The notes beneath the pieces are model-generated. The model saw only the letters and a program-made list of their open reading frames with translations, was not told the DNA's origin and ran no database searches. Below are positions 35,550 through 43,914 of a stretch of DNA of 46,526 nt, piece by piece. The translations under genes and the position numbers were made by a program. The DNA lies in IMG/VR virus record IMGVR_UViG_3300014803_000005; one strand, given 5' to 3'. This DNA is from a virus. Position 1 is the stretch's first letter, and each line of letters begins with the position of its first letter.

Positions 35550-35897
35550 TCACTTGAATTTTACGCAATCCAACAAATATTGTTTCTTATTGTCCGACCA
35601 TCCGGCGGCATGGTTTATCGCTTTTCGGTCGTCGTCGTGTACGAACTCACAAATATAACCGCCGACGCTTGATTTTTGAACCAATCGAACCAATTTACCA
35701 ACAATGAAAGAACGCAATTTGTAATAACTTGAATTTTCGCCAACAAACAAAACCCGTCTTTCTGCATTTATTTCGGGCGGATTTTCGATTTGCGGGCGTT
35801 TCTCCCTTTCCGGGTATGTCTGTACCCGTCTTAAATCATTTTTGATTGAACGGCGGGAAATTGCCCCGTAATCGGGTTGCCTCTTTTTGATTCTCAT
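35550..35897 (-). CDS. Hypothetical protein (115 aa) containing the shared PQIENP segment
   Basis: ORF. It shares an 18-bp identical DNA segment with gene 43031..43240. Confidence 0.5.
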   Translation of the reverse strand: MRIKKRQPDYGAISRRSIKNDLRRVQTYPEREKRPQIENPPEINAERRVLFVGENSSYYKLRSFIVGKLVRLVQKSSVGGYICEFVHDDDRKAINHAAGWSDNKKQYLLDCVKFK

Positions 35898-36409
35898 TTT
35901 TTATATCTCCATTTATAACCCTTATGCAAATTTCCTTTCCCTTTACATACCTTACAAATTGCCGTTGCCGAAAAATTGCCTTTTCGGGCGGCTTCTTGTA
36001 TGCTAACAAATACATTTACAACAATACCGTTTTTTATTTGCTCAACCGCTTTTTCGTGGTGCGGTTTCGCTTTTTTTCCAATCCATTTAGATTTTGTTAT
36101 TGGGTTATTCTGATTTTCTTTAACCGTAACCCAACGCAAATTATCTGCATGGTTATTGGCTCGGTCGCCGTCGATATGGTCGATACATGGTTTGTTTTCC
36201 GGGTTCGGAATGAAAGCCGCCGCAACTAATCTATGAACACGGAACATTTTCCCGGTTCCATTTTTCCATAAACTAATTATTTTATATCCTTTCAAATATC
36301 CGCCTTTCATTAGAAACGCATCCTTTTTTAAGGAACGAACATTGCCATAATTAGAAATTTGATAATGTCCTTTGTAACCCTCAATATCTTTCCAAATTTG
36401 CATACTCAT
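35894..36409 (-). CDS. HNH homing endonuclease, NUMOD4/HNH_3 type (paralogue 3 of 5)
   Basis: MQIWKDIEGYKGHYQISNYGNVRS, HRLVAAAFIPNPENKPCIDHIDGDRANNHADNLRWVT, and a C-terminal GYKWRY. Confidence 0.85.
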   Translation of the reverse strand: MSMQIWKDIEGYKGHYQISNYGNVRSLKKDAFLMKGGYLKGYKIISLWKNGTGKMFRVHRLVAAAFIPNPENKPCIDHIDGDRANNHADNLRWVTVKENQNNPITKSKWIGKKAKPHHEKAVEQIKNGIVVNVFVSIQEAARKGNFSATAICKVCKGKGNLHKGYKWRYKK

Positions 36410-36830
36410 TTTTCATTAATTCAATCATTCTCATATTGCCGGAATATATACGCATTTTCGTTTTATCCCCATTCTCCCAACATGAATGATGTTCAAAACA
36501 TAGTATATTTATATTTCTTGCATCATGCGCCATTTCGGGAAACGCTCCACGGGTCAATATATGCGAACAATAAACGGCGGAATAATTCCGTAACGGCTTT
36601 AAACATTCCTCGCATCTGTGCGGCTTATGCTCCCAAACCCACCGGAAAAACCGTTCGTTTGCCTGTGGGATATTCCCACGACCAAAAACGCAATGCCCGA
36701 ACAATTCCCGTTGGATTTCGACACGCAACCGAATATCCATTGTAAACCGCTTGTAATCCAATAGGGGGCAAAACCCCCTATCGGTTACAAATTGGTATTC
36801 TTCCCGGTCTGTTAGCAATATCGGTTCCAT
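36381..36830 (-). CDS. NinG/Rap-like HNH-type nuclease candidate
   Basis: CEEC...CSHILTRGAFPEMAHDARNINILCFEHH fits a CxxC...H...N...H beta-beta-alpha-metal pattern. Confidence 0.45.
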   Translation of the reverse strand: MEPILLTDREEYQFVTDRGFCPLLDYKRFTMDIRLRVEIQRELFGHCVFGRGNIPQANERFFRWVWEHKPHRCEECLKPLRNYSAVYCSHILTRGAFPEMAHDARNINILCFEHHSCWENGDKTKMRIYSGNMRMIELMKNEYANLERY

Positions 36831-36833
36831 ACG

Positions 36834-37523
36834 TTACATATCCGCCGTTTCGTCCTCTGTGTCGTCCTCGTTAGCCGGGTCGCCGACCTCCGGGAACAAT
36901 CCGTCCTCCTTTTCCGGTTCTGCGACCATACCCGGTGCGGGTTCGCCGTCAGCCCCGAACAATTCCAATTGCGCCTTTTTGCCTTTGAACAAAAATGCGT
37001 AAACCTCGTTTTCAATGTCCGCAACGATTTCTTCCAATTCCTCCTCAAAACCGAACGTTTCGATATTGAATTTCAGACGGGGCGAATTTATCGCCGTCTT
37101 TTGGTTATTGGATACCGTGAACAATCCCGTAAGGACAACCCCGACGTTATCGTCTTGCCCGGAAAACGACACGCCCCGAACCTCTATGTTTTTCAACATT
37201 TCGTCGGCAAAATCCCGTGATAATTCGCTTTGCTTTTTGGTTGCTTTGAAATCGGACGTTTCAACCATTGAAAGAAAGGACGTAATATTAAAAATCCGTC
37301 CCATGATTGGGCGCAAACGGTCGAAACAATCCCGCAAATCCGGGTGTATGTCCTTTGCACTTTCGACGTGGTATTTGTTCGTGTAACTCTCATTACCAAT
37401 TGTTTCGGTAACTTCATAATGTACGTCTAACCCGCCGTCCTTTAATGTCTTGACTTTCGACAATGCAAACGCCTTTTCGCTTGGTATCAACATAACGTTT
37501 GCGGCTTTTTTTTCTTCGCTCAT
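36834..37523 (-). CDS. Hypothetical protein with a strongly acidic C-terminus
   Basis: 229-aa ORF ending EDGLFPEVGDPANEDDTEDETADM. Confidence 0.55.
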   Translation of the reverse strand: MSEEKKAANVMLIPSEKAFALSKVKTLKDGGLDVHYEVTETIGNESYTNKYHVESAKDIHPDLRDCFDRLRPIMGRIFNITSFLSMVETSDFKATKKQSELSRDFADEMLKNIEVRGVSFSGQDDNVGVVLTGLFTVSNNQKTAINSPRLKFNIETFGFEEELEEIVADIENEVYAFLFKGKKAQLELFGADGEPAPGMVAEPEKEDGLFPEVGDPANEDDTEDETADM

Positions 37524-37574
37524 TTTTTAATTATTTGATTGTTACCGGGAATACGCCCGGAACGGTTTTATAAC

Positions 37575-38435
37575 TTAAAATTCTGTTTCGTCCAATAATT
37601 CCCGTGTCTTACTATTCGACGGAACCGCCGGACGTTCCGGTTCCGGAGTTGGTTCCGGGACGGGTTCCCCGGTTCCGATTGGTTCCGTTACCGGGTTGGG
37701 GTCGTGGAACTCAATATTGCGCCCGCCTTTGGGCTTTTCCGGCTCAAATTGGGCTTTGAGTTGTTCCGCCGGGTATTCCTTTTGCGCTAACTCAATAATC
37801 CCCAAATTAACCAATTCCGGGACGCAACGGCGCAACGCCCTTATATCCTCTAATGCGTCATGCGCCGGGAATGTTTCGCCGGGGAATAACTTACTATATA
37901 ATTCCTCTAATTGTGGGAATTTACCCGGACGACCATTTGAAAACAACGCTCCAACAAATTTAATCGTTTTCATCATGGTATCAATTCGTTTTGCCTTATG
38001 TAATGCGTCCTCAACGTGTGCGTCGTAATATTCCCGCCCCAAATAACGCAAAACGTTTGCTTTTAACATTGAACTATCAAAGTAAATGTTGTGCGCACAT
38101 ACAAGCGGGGCGGCGTTGGCATCCGCTAAAAATTCGTCCACAACCTCGGCAAACGGCACGCCCTCGGCAATTGCCCGTTCGGTTGTTATACCATGAATTG
38201 CGGTTGTTTCCGGGGGTATCTCGTAATTATCGGGTTTGATAATATAACTTTTTTCCTTATCGCCCAACGACCATGCCAATTGGACGACGTGCGGGAATTG
38301 CTCAAAATCCGCATCCCATTTCAAACCCTTTACCGGAACCCCGGTTGTTTCACAATCAAAGAAACAAACATCTTTCAAATCAAATTTTTGCATAACCTTA
38401 AATATTAAATCATTAATTACTGTTTTCGCTCTCAT
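37575..38435 (-). CDS. DEDDh 3'-5' exonuclease (DnaQ/epsilon-like) with a Pro/Glu-rich C-terminal tail
   Basis: Exo I FFDCETTG, Exo II HNIYFDSSML, Exo III HDALEDIRAL. Confidence 0.85.
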   Translation of the reverse strand: MRAKTVINDLIFKVMQKFDLKDVCFFDCETTGVPVKGLKWDADFEQFPHVVQLAWSLGDKEKSYIIKPDNYEIPPETTAIHGITTERAIAEGVPFAEVVDEFLADANAAPLVCAHNIYFDSSMLKANVLRYLGREYYDAHVEDALHKAKRIDTMMKTIKFVGALFSNGRPGKFPQLEELYSKLFPGETFPAHDALEDIRALRRCVPELVNLGIIELAQKEYPAEQLKAQFEPEKPKGGRNIEFHDPNPVTEPIGTGEPVPEPTPEPERPAVPSNSKTRELLDETEF

Positions 38436-38622
38436 TGCGGTATTTATCCCGCTTTTTCTCCAACTCCAAAACGTCCCGGTTTTCGTCTATATACTTTTGG
38501 ACGTCCCGGTTACAAAACGGTTTTCCATCCAACCAAAGCAAATGCCAATACGGTACATTTTCCATCGGTTGCCCCTTAAATTTACCTTGCGGCATCGGGG
38601 ATTTGTCATTTAATTCATTCAT
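38413..38622 (-). CDS. DUF3820-like small protein
   Basis: MPQGKFKGQPMENVPYWHLLWL matches the characteristic PFGKYKG...YL.WL motif. Confidence 0.6.
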   Translation of the reverse strand: MNELNDKSPMPQGKFKGQPMENVPYWHLLWLDGKPFCNRDVQKYIDENRDVLELEKKRDKYRNESENSN

Positions 38623-39160
38623 TTTTATACCTCCAAATATAATTATATGCGGTTTTTACTAAACCATTACAGCAATTAGAAATATTACTTCTATGATAAT
38701 TAAGTTGCCGTTGTATTTCCATCGTAGTAACCCATTCTTTGATAAAATTACCCTCTAAATCATATTGCAAAACGGCTTTACCGCCTTTATTTATTTTTTT
38801 GCCCTTATATGTGTTGGGGGCATTATAATTATTAGAATTTTCTTTAGCCGTAACCCAACGCAAATTATCTGCATGGTTATTGGTTCGGTTGCCATCGATA
38901 TGGTCGATACATGGTTTGTTTTCCGGGTTCGGAATGAAAGCCGCCGCAACTAATCTATGAATTACCGCATTGTACTTTATTCCGTTTTTAGACAACGAAA
39001 CAAAATAATATCTTTTCCTTAATGATGGTTTTAATATTTTTTCATTTCTTTTTCTATTCATATTACCGCAAATCTCATTTCTGAAAACAGATTTTACACG
39101 CCCGTAATTGCTAATTTGATACAACCCAACGTATCCGGGTACATCTTTCCAAATTTCCAT
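38615..39160 (-). CDS. HNH homing endonuclease, NUMOD4/HNH_3 type (paralogue 4 of 5)
   Basis: MEIWKDVPGYVGLYQISNYGRVKS, HRLVAAAFIPNPENKPCIDHIDGNRTNNHADNLRWVT, and a C-terminal YNYIWRY. Confidence 0.85.
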   Translation of the reverse strand: MEIWKDVPGYVGLYQISNYGRVKSVFRNEICGNMNRKRNEKILKPSLRKRYYFVSLSKNGIKYNAVIHRLVAAAFIPNPENKPCIDHIDGNRTNNHADNLRWVTAKENSNNYNAPNTYKGKKINKGGKAVLQYDLEGNFIKEWVTTMEIQRQLNYHRSNISNCCNGLVKTAYNYIWRYKNE

Positions 39161-39177
39161 ATTACACTATTTTTATA

Positions 39178-39609
39178 TTACATTTCGTTTGGGTCTGCAA
39201 TATACAAATAGTATTCTTCACTTGCAAGCTGTTTTAGGAATTTGATATGCTCTATTAATTCCGCATTGCTTAACTCTGCAATTGTACGCAAACGTGTTTC
39301 GTATTTCCCAGTATCAATGTTTGGGGTTTGCTCATACATTATCGGCGAAAATTCCCTCAAACGTCGTTCGGTTTGTTCCTCTGTAAGACGTTCGCCCGCC
39401 TCCCAAATTGCGTGCTTAAACGTCGGTACAACATAGTTGAAATAATACCCTTTCAAAGCCTCGGACGAACCGGGGGACGCTACAATAAACCGGGCAATAA
39501 TGCGGGAACCTTTCCAACCCTTGAAAAACTCGTTTAATTCCCCCATGTACATTGCCAACCCGCCGTTATTGTTTATTGTCCCCGTTGCTGTTATTTCTCG
39601 CTTTTTCAT
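39178..39609 (-). CDS. Hypothetical protein (143 aa; the start may be the internal ATG at 39552)
   Basis: ORF. It overlaps the upstream gene by 44 nt if it starts at 39609. Confidence 0.5.
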   Translation of the reverse strand: MKKREITATGTINNNGGLAMYMGELNEFFKGWKGSRIIARFIVASPGSSEALKGYYFNYVVPTFKHAIWEAGERLTEEQTERRLREFSPIMYEQTPNIDTGKYETRLRTIAELSNAELIEHIKFLKQLASEEYYLYIADPNEM

Positions 39610-40516
39610 CGGCTATTAATTTTTTCATTGTCTTATTAAACGCTGTCATTCCGATTGTATGGATAACGTCCCGTTCCGCCCGTGATAACTTCGTTTCCCG
39701 CTTATCCAATACTTTTGCAAATGCAACAACAAATTCGCCCGGCTCCGGTTCCGTCGTAACGGGTGCAACCTTACCGTTATTCACTCCATAACCGAACAAC
39801 GCAAAATCCCCCTTTGTTGGGTCGTCCGGGAATATCTCGGCGAAACGGTCGGTTATCTCAATGGCTGTTTGCAAATCCGGCGTCCGACGTTTTACAAGCC
39901 CCAACCGCAATGCCTGTTTATGTACGTGGGTATCTAATGGAATGATTAAATTACGGGGGTCGCAAATCGTCCACAATCCAAAGTCAACCGGGGAACCGTG
40001 GCGACACATCCAACGCAAAAACATACATAAGCGTTTGCAACCGCTTTTCGTTTCCATATCCGGCACGCCCTTAACATCGCCGAAAAGACGTTGTAATTGC
40101 TCCAATGGACGCCCGCCCGGTTGCGCTTGCAATGCCTTTTCCATGTTCTCAAACTTACTATATACGTCAAATAAGCGGGCGCAAAGGTCGTGAAAATCGG
40201 CGTATGTAAACGTTCTATAAAAATTCTCTTTACTGCCTTTGTATTGCTTCCATTCCGGGGCGGTTCCCTGCGTATCGGTTCCAACAATGTAATGATACGG
40301 CGCACCCTTGAAAATTTCCCGGTCGATAAAATCCGCCTTTTGGATTATCTGTTTGCGGGAACCCCACGCAATCCACGCCGTAACAAATGCGCTAATCTCA
40401 ATATTTACCCGACTATCGTAACGGTGCGGGATTTGCACCGGGTCGGATTGGATAAACTCGGCGGTTTCGTATTGTTCCGCCCAACGTTTCAAATTATCGT
40501 TCAATGTATATGCCAT
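39566..40516 (-). CDS. DUF2400/TIGR02757-like protein (HhH-GPD DNA-glycosylase superfamily fold) with a ~70-aa C-terminal extension
   Basis: FIQSDPVQIPHRY, AWIAWGSRKQI, GCKRLCMFLRWMCR and IIPLDTHVHKQALRLGLV (HhH-like) match my recollection of the TIGR02757 family. Confidence 0.55.
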   Translation of the reverse strand: MAYTLNDNLKRWAEQYETAEFIQSDPVQIPHRYDSRVNIEISAFVTAWIAWGSRKQIIQKADFIDREIFKGAPYHYIVGTDTQGTAPEWKQYKGSKENFYRTFTYADFHDLCARLFDVYSKFENMEKALQAQPGGRPLEQLQRLFGDVKGVPDMETKSGCKRLCMFLRWMCRHGSPVDFGLWTICDPRNLIIPLDTHVHKQALRLGLVKRRTPDLQTAIEITDRFAEIFPDDPTKGDFALFGYGVNNGKVAPVTTEPEPGEFVVAFAKVLDKRETKLSRAERDVIHTIGMTAFNKTMKKLIADEKARNNSNGDNKQ

Positions 40517-40560
40517 TGTTTTAGATTTTAAGGGGACGGAAAGCCCGCCCCCGGTTATTA

Positions 40561-42003
40561 TTAGTTTTCTGTGTATTCCTCAACAACTAAATCGGTTTGT
40601 CCTCGCTTCACTTCTTCAATGAACCCTTGAAAACCGTTTTGTTTAGCAATGTCAATGATTGCTTGCAAACGCTTTTCGCCCAAACTTTCGCCCCTCGCAA
40701 TGCGGAATACCTTAACCGTCGGATTGCTTGCAATAATCAGTTTGGCGGCGACCTCCATAATTTGACTATCTGAAACTTTCCCGGCGACGAACGGCACGCC
40801 GTTTAACTCTAAACCGTCGTCCGTGAACGAAAGCCCGGCAATCGGTAATTTGGACGTTGCAATAAGTGTTTCCCTTTCCTTTGCCAATGCGCCTAATTTG
40901 TCCTCAAACGTGCGGGCGGTTTTCTCGGCGGCTTCCTTTTGTTTCTTTTTTGCCATGTAATCCACAACCAACGCATTGATACGGTTGTGTTCCTCGGCTT
41001 TTTTGAGTTGTTCCGCCGTGTCTAATTGTTCCGGGTTATTGGCTTCGTATTCCTCTAACCATTTGTCGGCATTCGCTTTACGTTTCACAAACTCGGATTT
41101 GTCATTTACGATAACTTGCAACGTTTCCTTATAATCGTTTTCAATGGCTTTTTTGTTGGCTTTCGCATCTTCTTTGGCTTTTTCCAACCGGGCGTTTGCC
41201 TCGGCAATTATCCGGGCAACTTCTTTTTCCTCGGCGGCTAATTTGTCGTCGATTGCCTTAATATTACTTTTTCGGGTTTCTTCCGCCTCTTTAATTCGTC
41301 CGGGGATTGCCTCCAATTGTTCAATCCTTTGTTGCCGGGCTTGGCGTACCGTTTTCGCTTTCTCAATCAACCGGGCATTTTCGTTTTGCTCTTCCATCAA
41401 CGCCGTAATATCCTTTTTCTCGGCATACGTTTTGACGTCGCCGGGTTTCAATTGCTTTTCAGCGTTTGCGCAAATGGTTGTGTACGTCTTGACCTCGGCG
41501 TTGGCGTCCTTTCGTTTGTCCTTAACGGTCGTAACCTCGGCGTCAATTTCTGCAATCCGGGTGCGCACCTTTTCCGGCAACAAAGCCTTTACAACCTCAA
41601 TTTGTTTGCGGCGTCCCTCGGCGGTTTCGCTCCAACGGGAAAACTCCACGGCGTCAAAGTCTTGGTAGCCGAAAATCTTTTGCAACATAGAAACGTTATC
41701 CGAACGCATCCCGGTTGTTTGGGATTTAATGGATAACGTCCCACGGGGGTTAGCTTTGGTAAACTTTAATTCGACCTCGTAATTTTCGCCGTCGTTACCT
41801 ACTACCATTTTCGCAAACCCTTTGTCCTCTCCATTTTTCAACACGGCGTCCCGGTTCCCGGTCAACATTGCGCCGATTGCTTTTAAAAGGGTTGATTTGC
41901 CTAACTCATTGTCCCCGGTAATGAAATATACATTACCCTCAAAATCTGCGTTGAACTCTTTGATAACTTGAAAATTCAACAATTCCAATTTCTTAATATA
42001 CAT
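40561..42003 (-). CDS. SbcC/Rad50/RecF-like ABC-type ATPase with a central coiled coil
   Basis: N-terminal YIKKLELLNFQ...FITGDNELGKSTLL (Walker A), about 250 aa of coiled coil, and a C-terminal signature-like VSDSQ. Confidence 0.75.
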   Translation of the reverse strand: MYIKKLELLNFQVIKEFNADFEGNVYFITGDNELGKSTLLKAIGAMLTGNRDAVLKNGEDKGFAKMVVGNDGENYEVELKFTKANPRGTLSIKSQTTGMRSDNVSMLQKIFGYQDFDAVEFSRWSETAEGRRKQIEVVKALLPEKVRTRIAEIDAEVTTVKDKRKDANAEVKTYTTICANAEKQLKPGDVKTYAEKKDITALMEEQNENARLIEKAKTVRQARQQRIEQLEAIPGRIKEAEETRKSNIKAIDDKLAAEEKEVARIIAEANARLEKAKEDAKANKKAIENDYKETLQVIVNDKSEFVKRKANADKWLEEYEANNPEQLDTAEQLKKAEEHNRINALVVDYMAKKKQKEAAEKTARTFEDKLGALAKERETLIATSKLPIAGLSFTDDGLELNGVPFVAGKVSDSQIMEVAAKLIIASNPTVKVFRIARGESLGEKRLQAIIDIAKQNGFQGFIEEVKRGQTDLVVEEYTEN

Positions 42004-42019
42004 CGCTCTTTAAATTTAT

Positions 42020-42502
42020 TTATTTCCCGGAAATCGCCGGGTCGTTATGTTCCCATTTATAACCGTTGTATGTTTTTCTTTTCCCGTTACATACCTGTAA
42101 TATTACATACTTTTGCCAAGGAAAAACACACGCATCTAAAATATTATCAAAACATACAATATTACCTAATTTATCAATACGTTTAACGGGATATAATTTT
42201 GATACACGTTTAACGTTCTCAAATTTTAGGTTCTCGCCAATAGTACACCAACGTAAATTATTAACATGATTATTTAATTTATTCCCGTCGATATGGTCAA
42301 CACATGGTTTATTGTCCGGGTTGGGAATGAACGCCAAAGCAACCAATCTATGAACCCGCATAACTTTTAAACCATTGATTTTTAATTTTACAGTCATATA
42401 GCCACCGTTCAAATAAGGCTTTATTTCCTTATCATTTTGCGTTATATTGCCATTTTCAGCAACGTAACAATCATATTCTATTAAGTATTTACCTTTTTTC
42501 AT
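42020..42502 (-). CDS. HNH homing endonuclease, divergent (paralogue 5 of 5)
   Basis: HRLVALAFIPNPDNKPCVDHIDGNKLNNHVNNLRWCT and a C-terminal NGYKWEH. The N-terminus differs from the other four. Confidence 0.8.
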   Translation of the reverse strand: MKKGKYLIEYDCYVAENGNITQNDKEIKPYLNGGYMTVKLKINGLKVMRVHRLVALAFIPNPDNKPCVDHIDGNKLNNHVNNLRWCTIGENLKFENVKRVSKLYPVKRIDKLGNIVCFDNILDACVFPWQKYVILQVCNGKRKTYNGYKWEHNDPAISGK

Positions 42503-42506
42503 GCCG

Positions 42507-42537
42507 CAAATATATGTAAAATAATGGATATACCAAA
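42507..42537 (-). promoter_or_regulatory. Bacteroidota-type promoter TTTG-N19-TATATTTG, with its -7 box 4 nt upstream of the HNH-5 ATG
   Basis: On the minus strand, TTTG lies at 42537-42534 and TATATTTG at 42514-42507. The ATG is at 42502. Confidence 0.55.
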
Positions 42538-42558
42538 ACTTTTATTTTTTATTTTCGG

Positions 42559-42747
42559 CTATTTTTTTATTTTCCGCAATAATCGCCCCAAAATAACGCA
42601 TTTACCCACGCCGTCAAACTCAACTAACATATTGCCGTTGCGCCCTCTTATACATTTGCCATCGGCACGACGAACCGCCCGGCACGGCATACGTCGCAAT
42701 TCCGGGCGGGTCAATCGGTCGCCTAAATAGATATAATCCATTACCAT
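42559..42747 (-). CDS. Small basic hypothetical protein (62 aa)
   Basis: ORF overlapping the upstream gene's end. Confidence 0.45.
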   Translation of the reverse strand: MVMDYIYLGDRLTRPELRRMPCRAVRRADGKCIRGRNGNMLVEFDGVGKCVILGRLLRKIKK

Positions 42748-43037
42748 AATGTTAGTTGTTTTCTATGTCGCTTAATAGAAATTAAGCGTACATATTGATG
42801 CACAATATACAACTCTATATTATAAACACAATGTGAAAATTTATGCGTATTCTTTTTATCCCGGAATTTAACGAAACCATTTTCAACTATTCCTATAAAT
42901 TCCGTATTATAAACCCAACCGCATAACCATTTTAGTGTTTTTGCGTTATATGATACTTTGCGTATATATTCTACTCTTATTTCGTCGCCATCATTTAATA
43001 TGACGCTCGCTTTCGGATAATGTAATATTTCTACCAT
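42741..43037 (-). CDS. Hypothetical protein (98 aa)
   Basis: ORF. AT-rich compared with its neighbours. Confidence 0.45.
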   Translation of the reverse strand: MVEILHYPKASVILNDGDEIRVEYIRKVSYNAKTLKWLCGWVYNTEFIGIVENGFVKFRDKKNTHKFSHCVYNIELYIVHQYVRLISIKRHRKQLTLW

Positions 43038-43240
43038 AATTTCATTTGTGTATCGGTCAATACGGCAACCACGGCGTCAACTTGTTTTTCCCAACGTTCC
43101 AACGTTGCCAATTTCTCCGGGGTTGGGTTTCGTTGGCAACGTCGTTGGTTGTGCCGCATCTGTTTTACCATTTCCGCCAAATCTTTTGCCGTTATTTTTT
43201 CGGGATTTTCGATTTGCGGGGCTTTTGTTTCGTCTGCCAT
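43031..43240 (-). CDS. Hypothetical protein (69 aa) containing the shared PQIENP segment
   Basis: The ATG at 43240 (MADETKAPQIENPEK) is preferred. The longer form would overlap the RuvC-like gene. Confidence 0.45.
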   Translation of the reverse strand: MADETKAPQIENPEKITAKDLAEMVKQMRHNQRRCQRNPTPEKLATLERWEKQVDAVVAVLTDTQMKLW

Positions 43241-43277
43241 ATAAGTACCATTTGAATAATTAAACGCCCCTACGGGC

Positions 43278-43844
43278 TTAAAATAAACGATTGTGCATTT
43301 GTTGGGGCAAATTTTCCAAAACCCAACGGGGGTTGTTTTGTAAAATGAACCGTCCAAAGTGCATTATTAACGTTGCGTCCGCATTCCACAACGCCGGGGT
43401 AATCTCCGGGTACAATTTCCCGGCAACCTCTTTGTATCTGCGTTTTCGCTCGTTCTTTTCTTCTTTTTTTCGTGTCGTCTTTGCTCGCAACTTCAATTCG
43501 TTTTGCCATTTCATAGGGTGTACCATAACAAACGGAATGTCGCAAACTGAAATGATTGCTTTCAATTGCTCAAAGTTTGCCATCATCTTTTGTATTCGGT
43601 ACAATTTACCCATATTTACGCCATCGGCACCCGGCGTTACATCATCCGGGCGCACGCTCAATTTTTCCAAAAAGACAATTGGCGAACAAATGGTTTTCAG
43701 ATATTCCAAATAATTACGCAAATCTGTTAAATCCTTTGGCATTTGTATTGCCTTGATATTTTGATTTGGTCGCCATGTTACAATACCGCCATTGCTTCCC
43801 GGGTCAATTCCCACTACTGCTGAAATTCTTATATTTTTTTCCAT
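43278..43844 (-). CDS. RuvC-like Holliday junction resolvase
   Basis: The ATG at 43844 gives MEKNIRISAVVGIDPGSNGGIV (RuvC-type N-terminal catalytic Asp motif), followed later by VFLEKL. Confidence 0.6.
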   Translation of the reverse strand: MEKNIRISAVVGIDPGSNGGIVTWRPNQNIKAIQMPKDLTDLRNYLEYLKTICSPIVFLEKLSVRPDDVTPGADGVNMGKLYRIQKMMANFEQLKAIISVCDIPFVMVHPMKWQNELKLRAKTTRKKEEKNERKRRYKEVAGKLYPEITPALWNADATLIMHFGRFILQNNPRWVLENLPQQMHNRLF

Positions 43845-43914
43845 ATATAACCTCCCGCTTTTGTAAAATAACCTATTACGCCAATTATAAAGCAAACAAT
43901 AAATAGTTCCATGA

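Noticed and set aside
43845-43862. A GGAGG Shine-Dalgarno-like sequence upstream of the RuvC-like gene as evidence for a non-Bacteroidota host
   Set aside because: It is an isolated occurrence. Most genes lack any SD-like sequence, and several promoters fit the Bacteroidota TAnnTTTG architecture.
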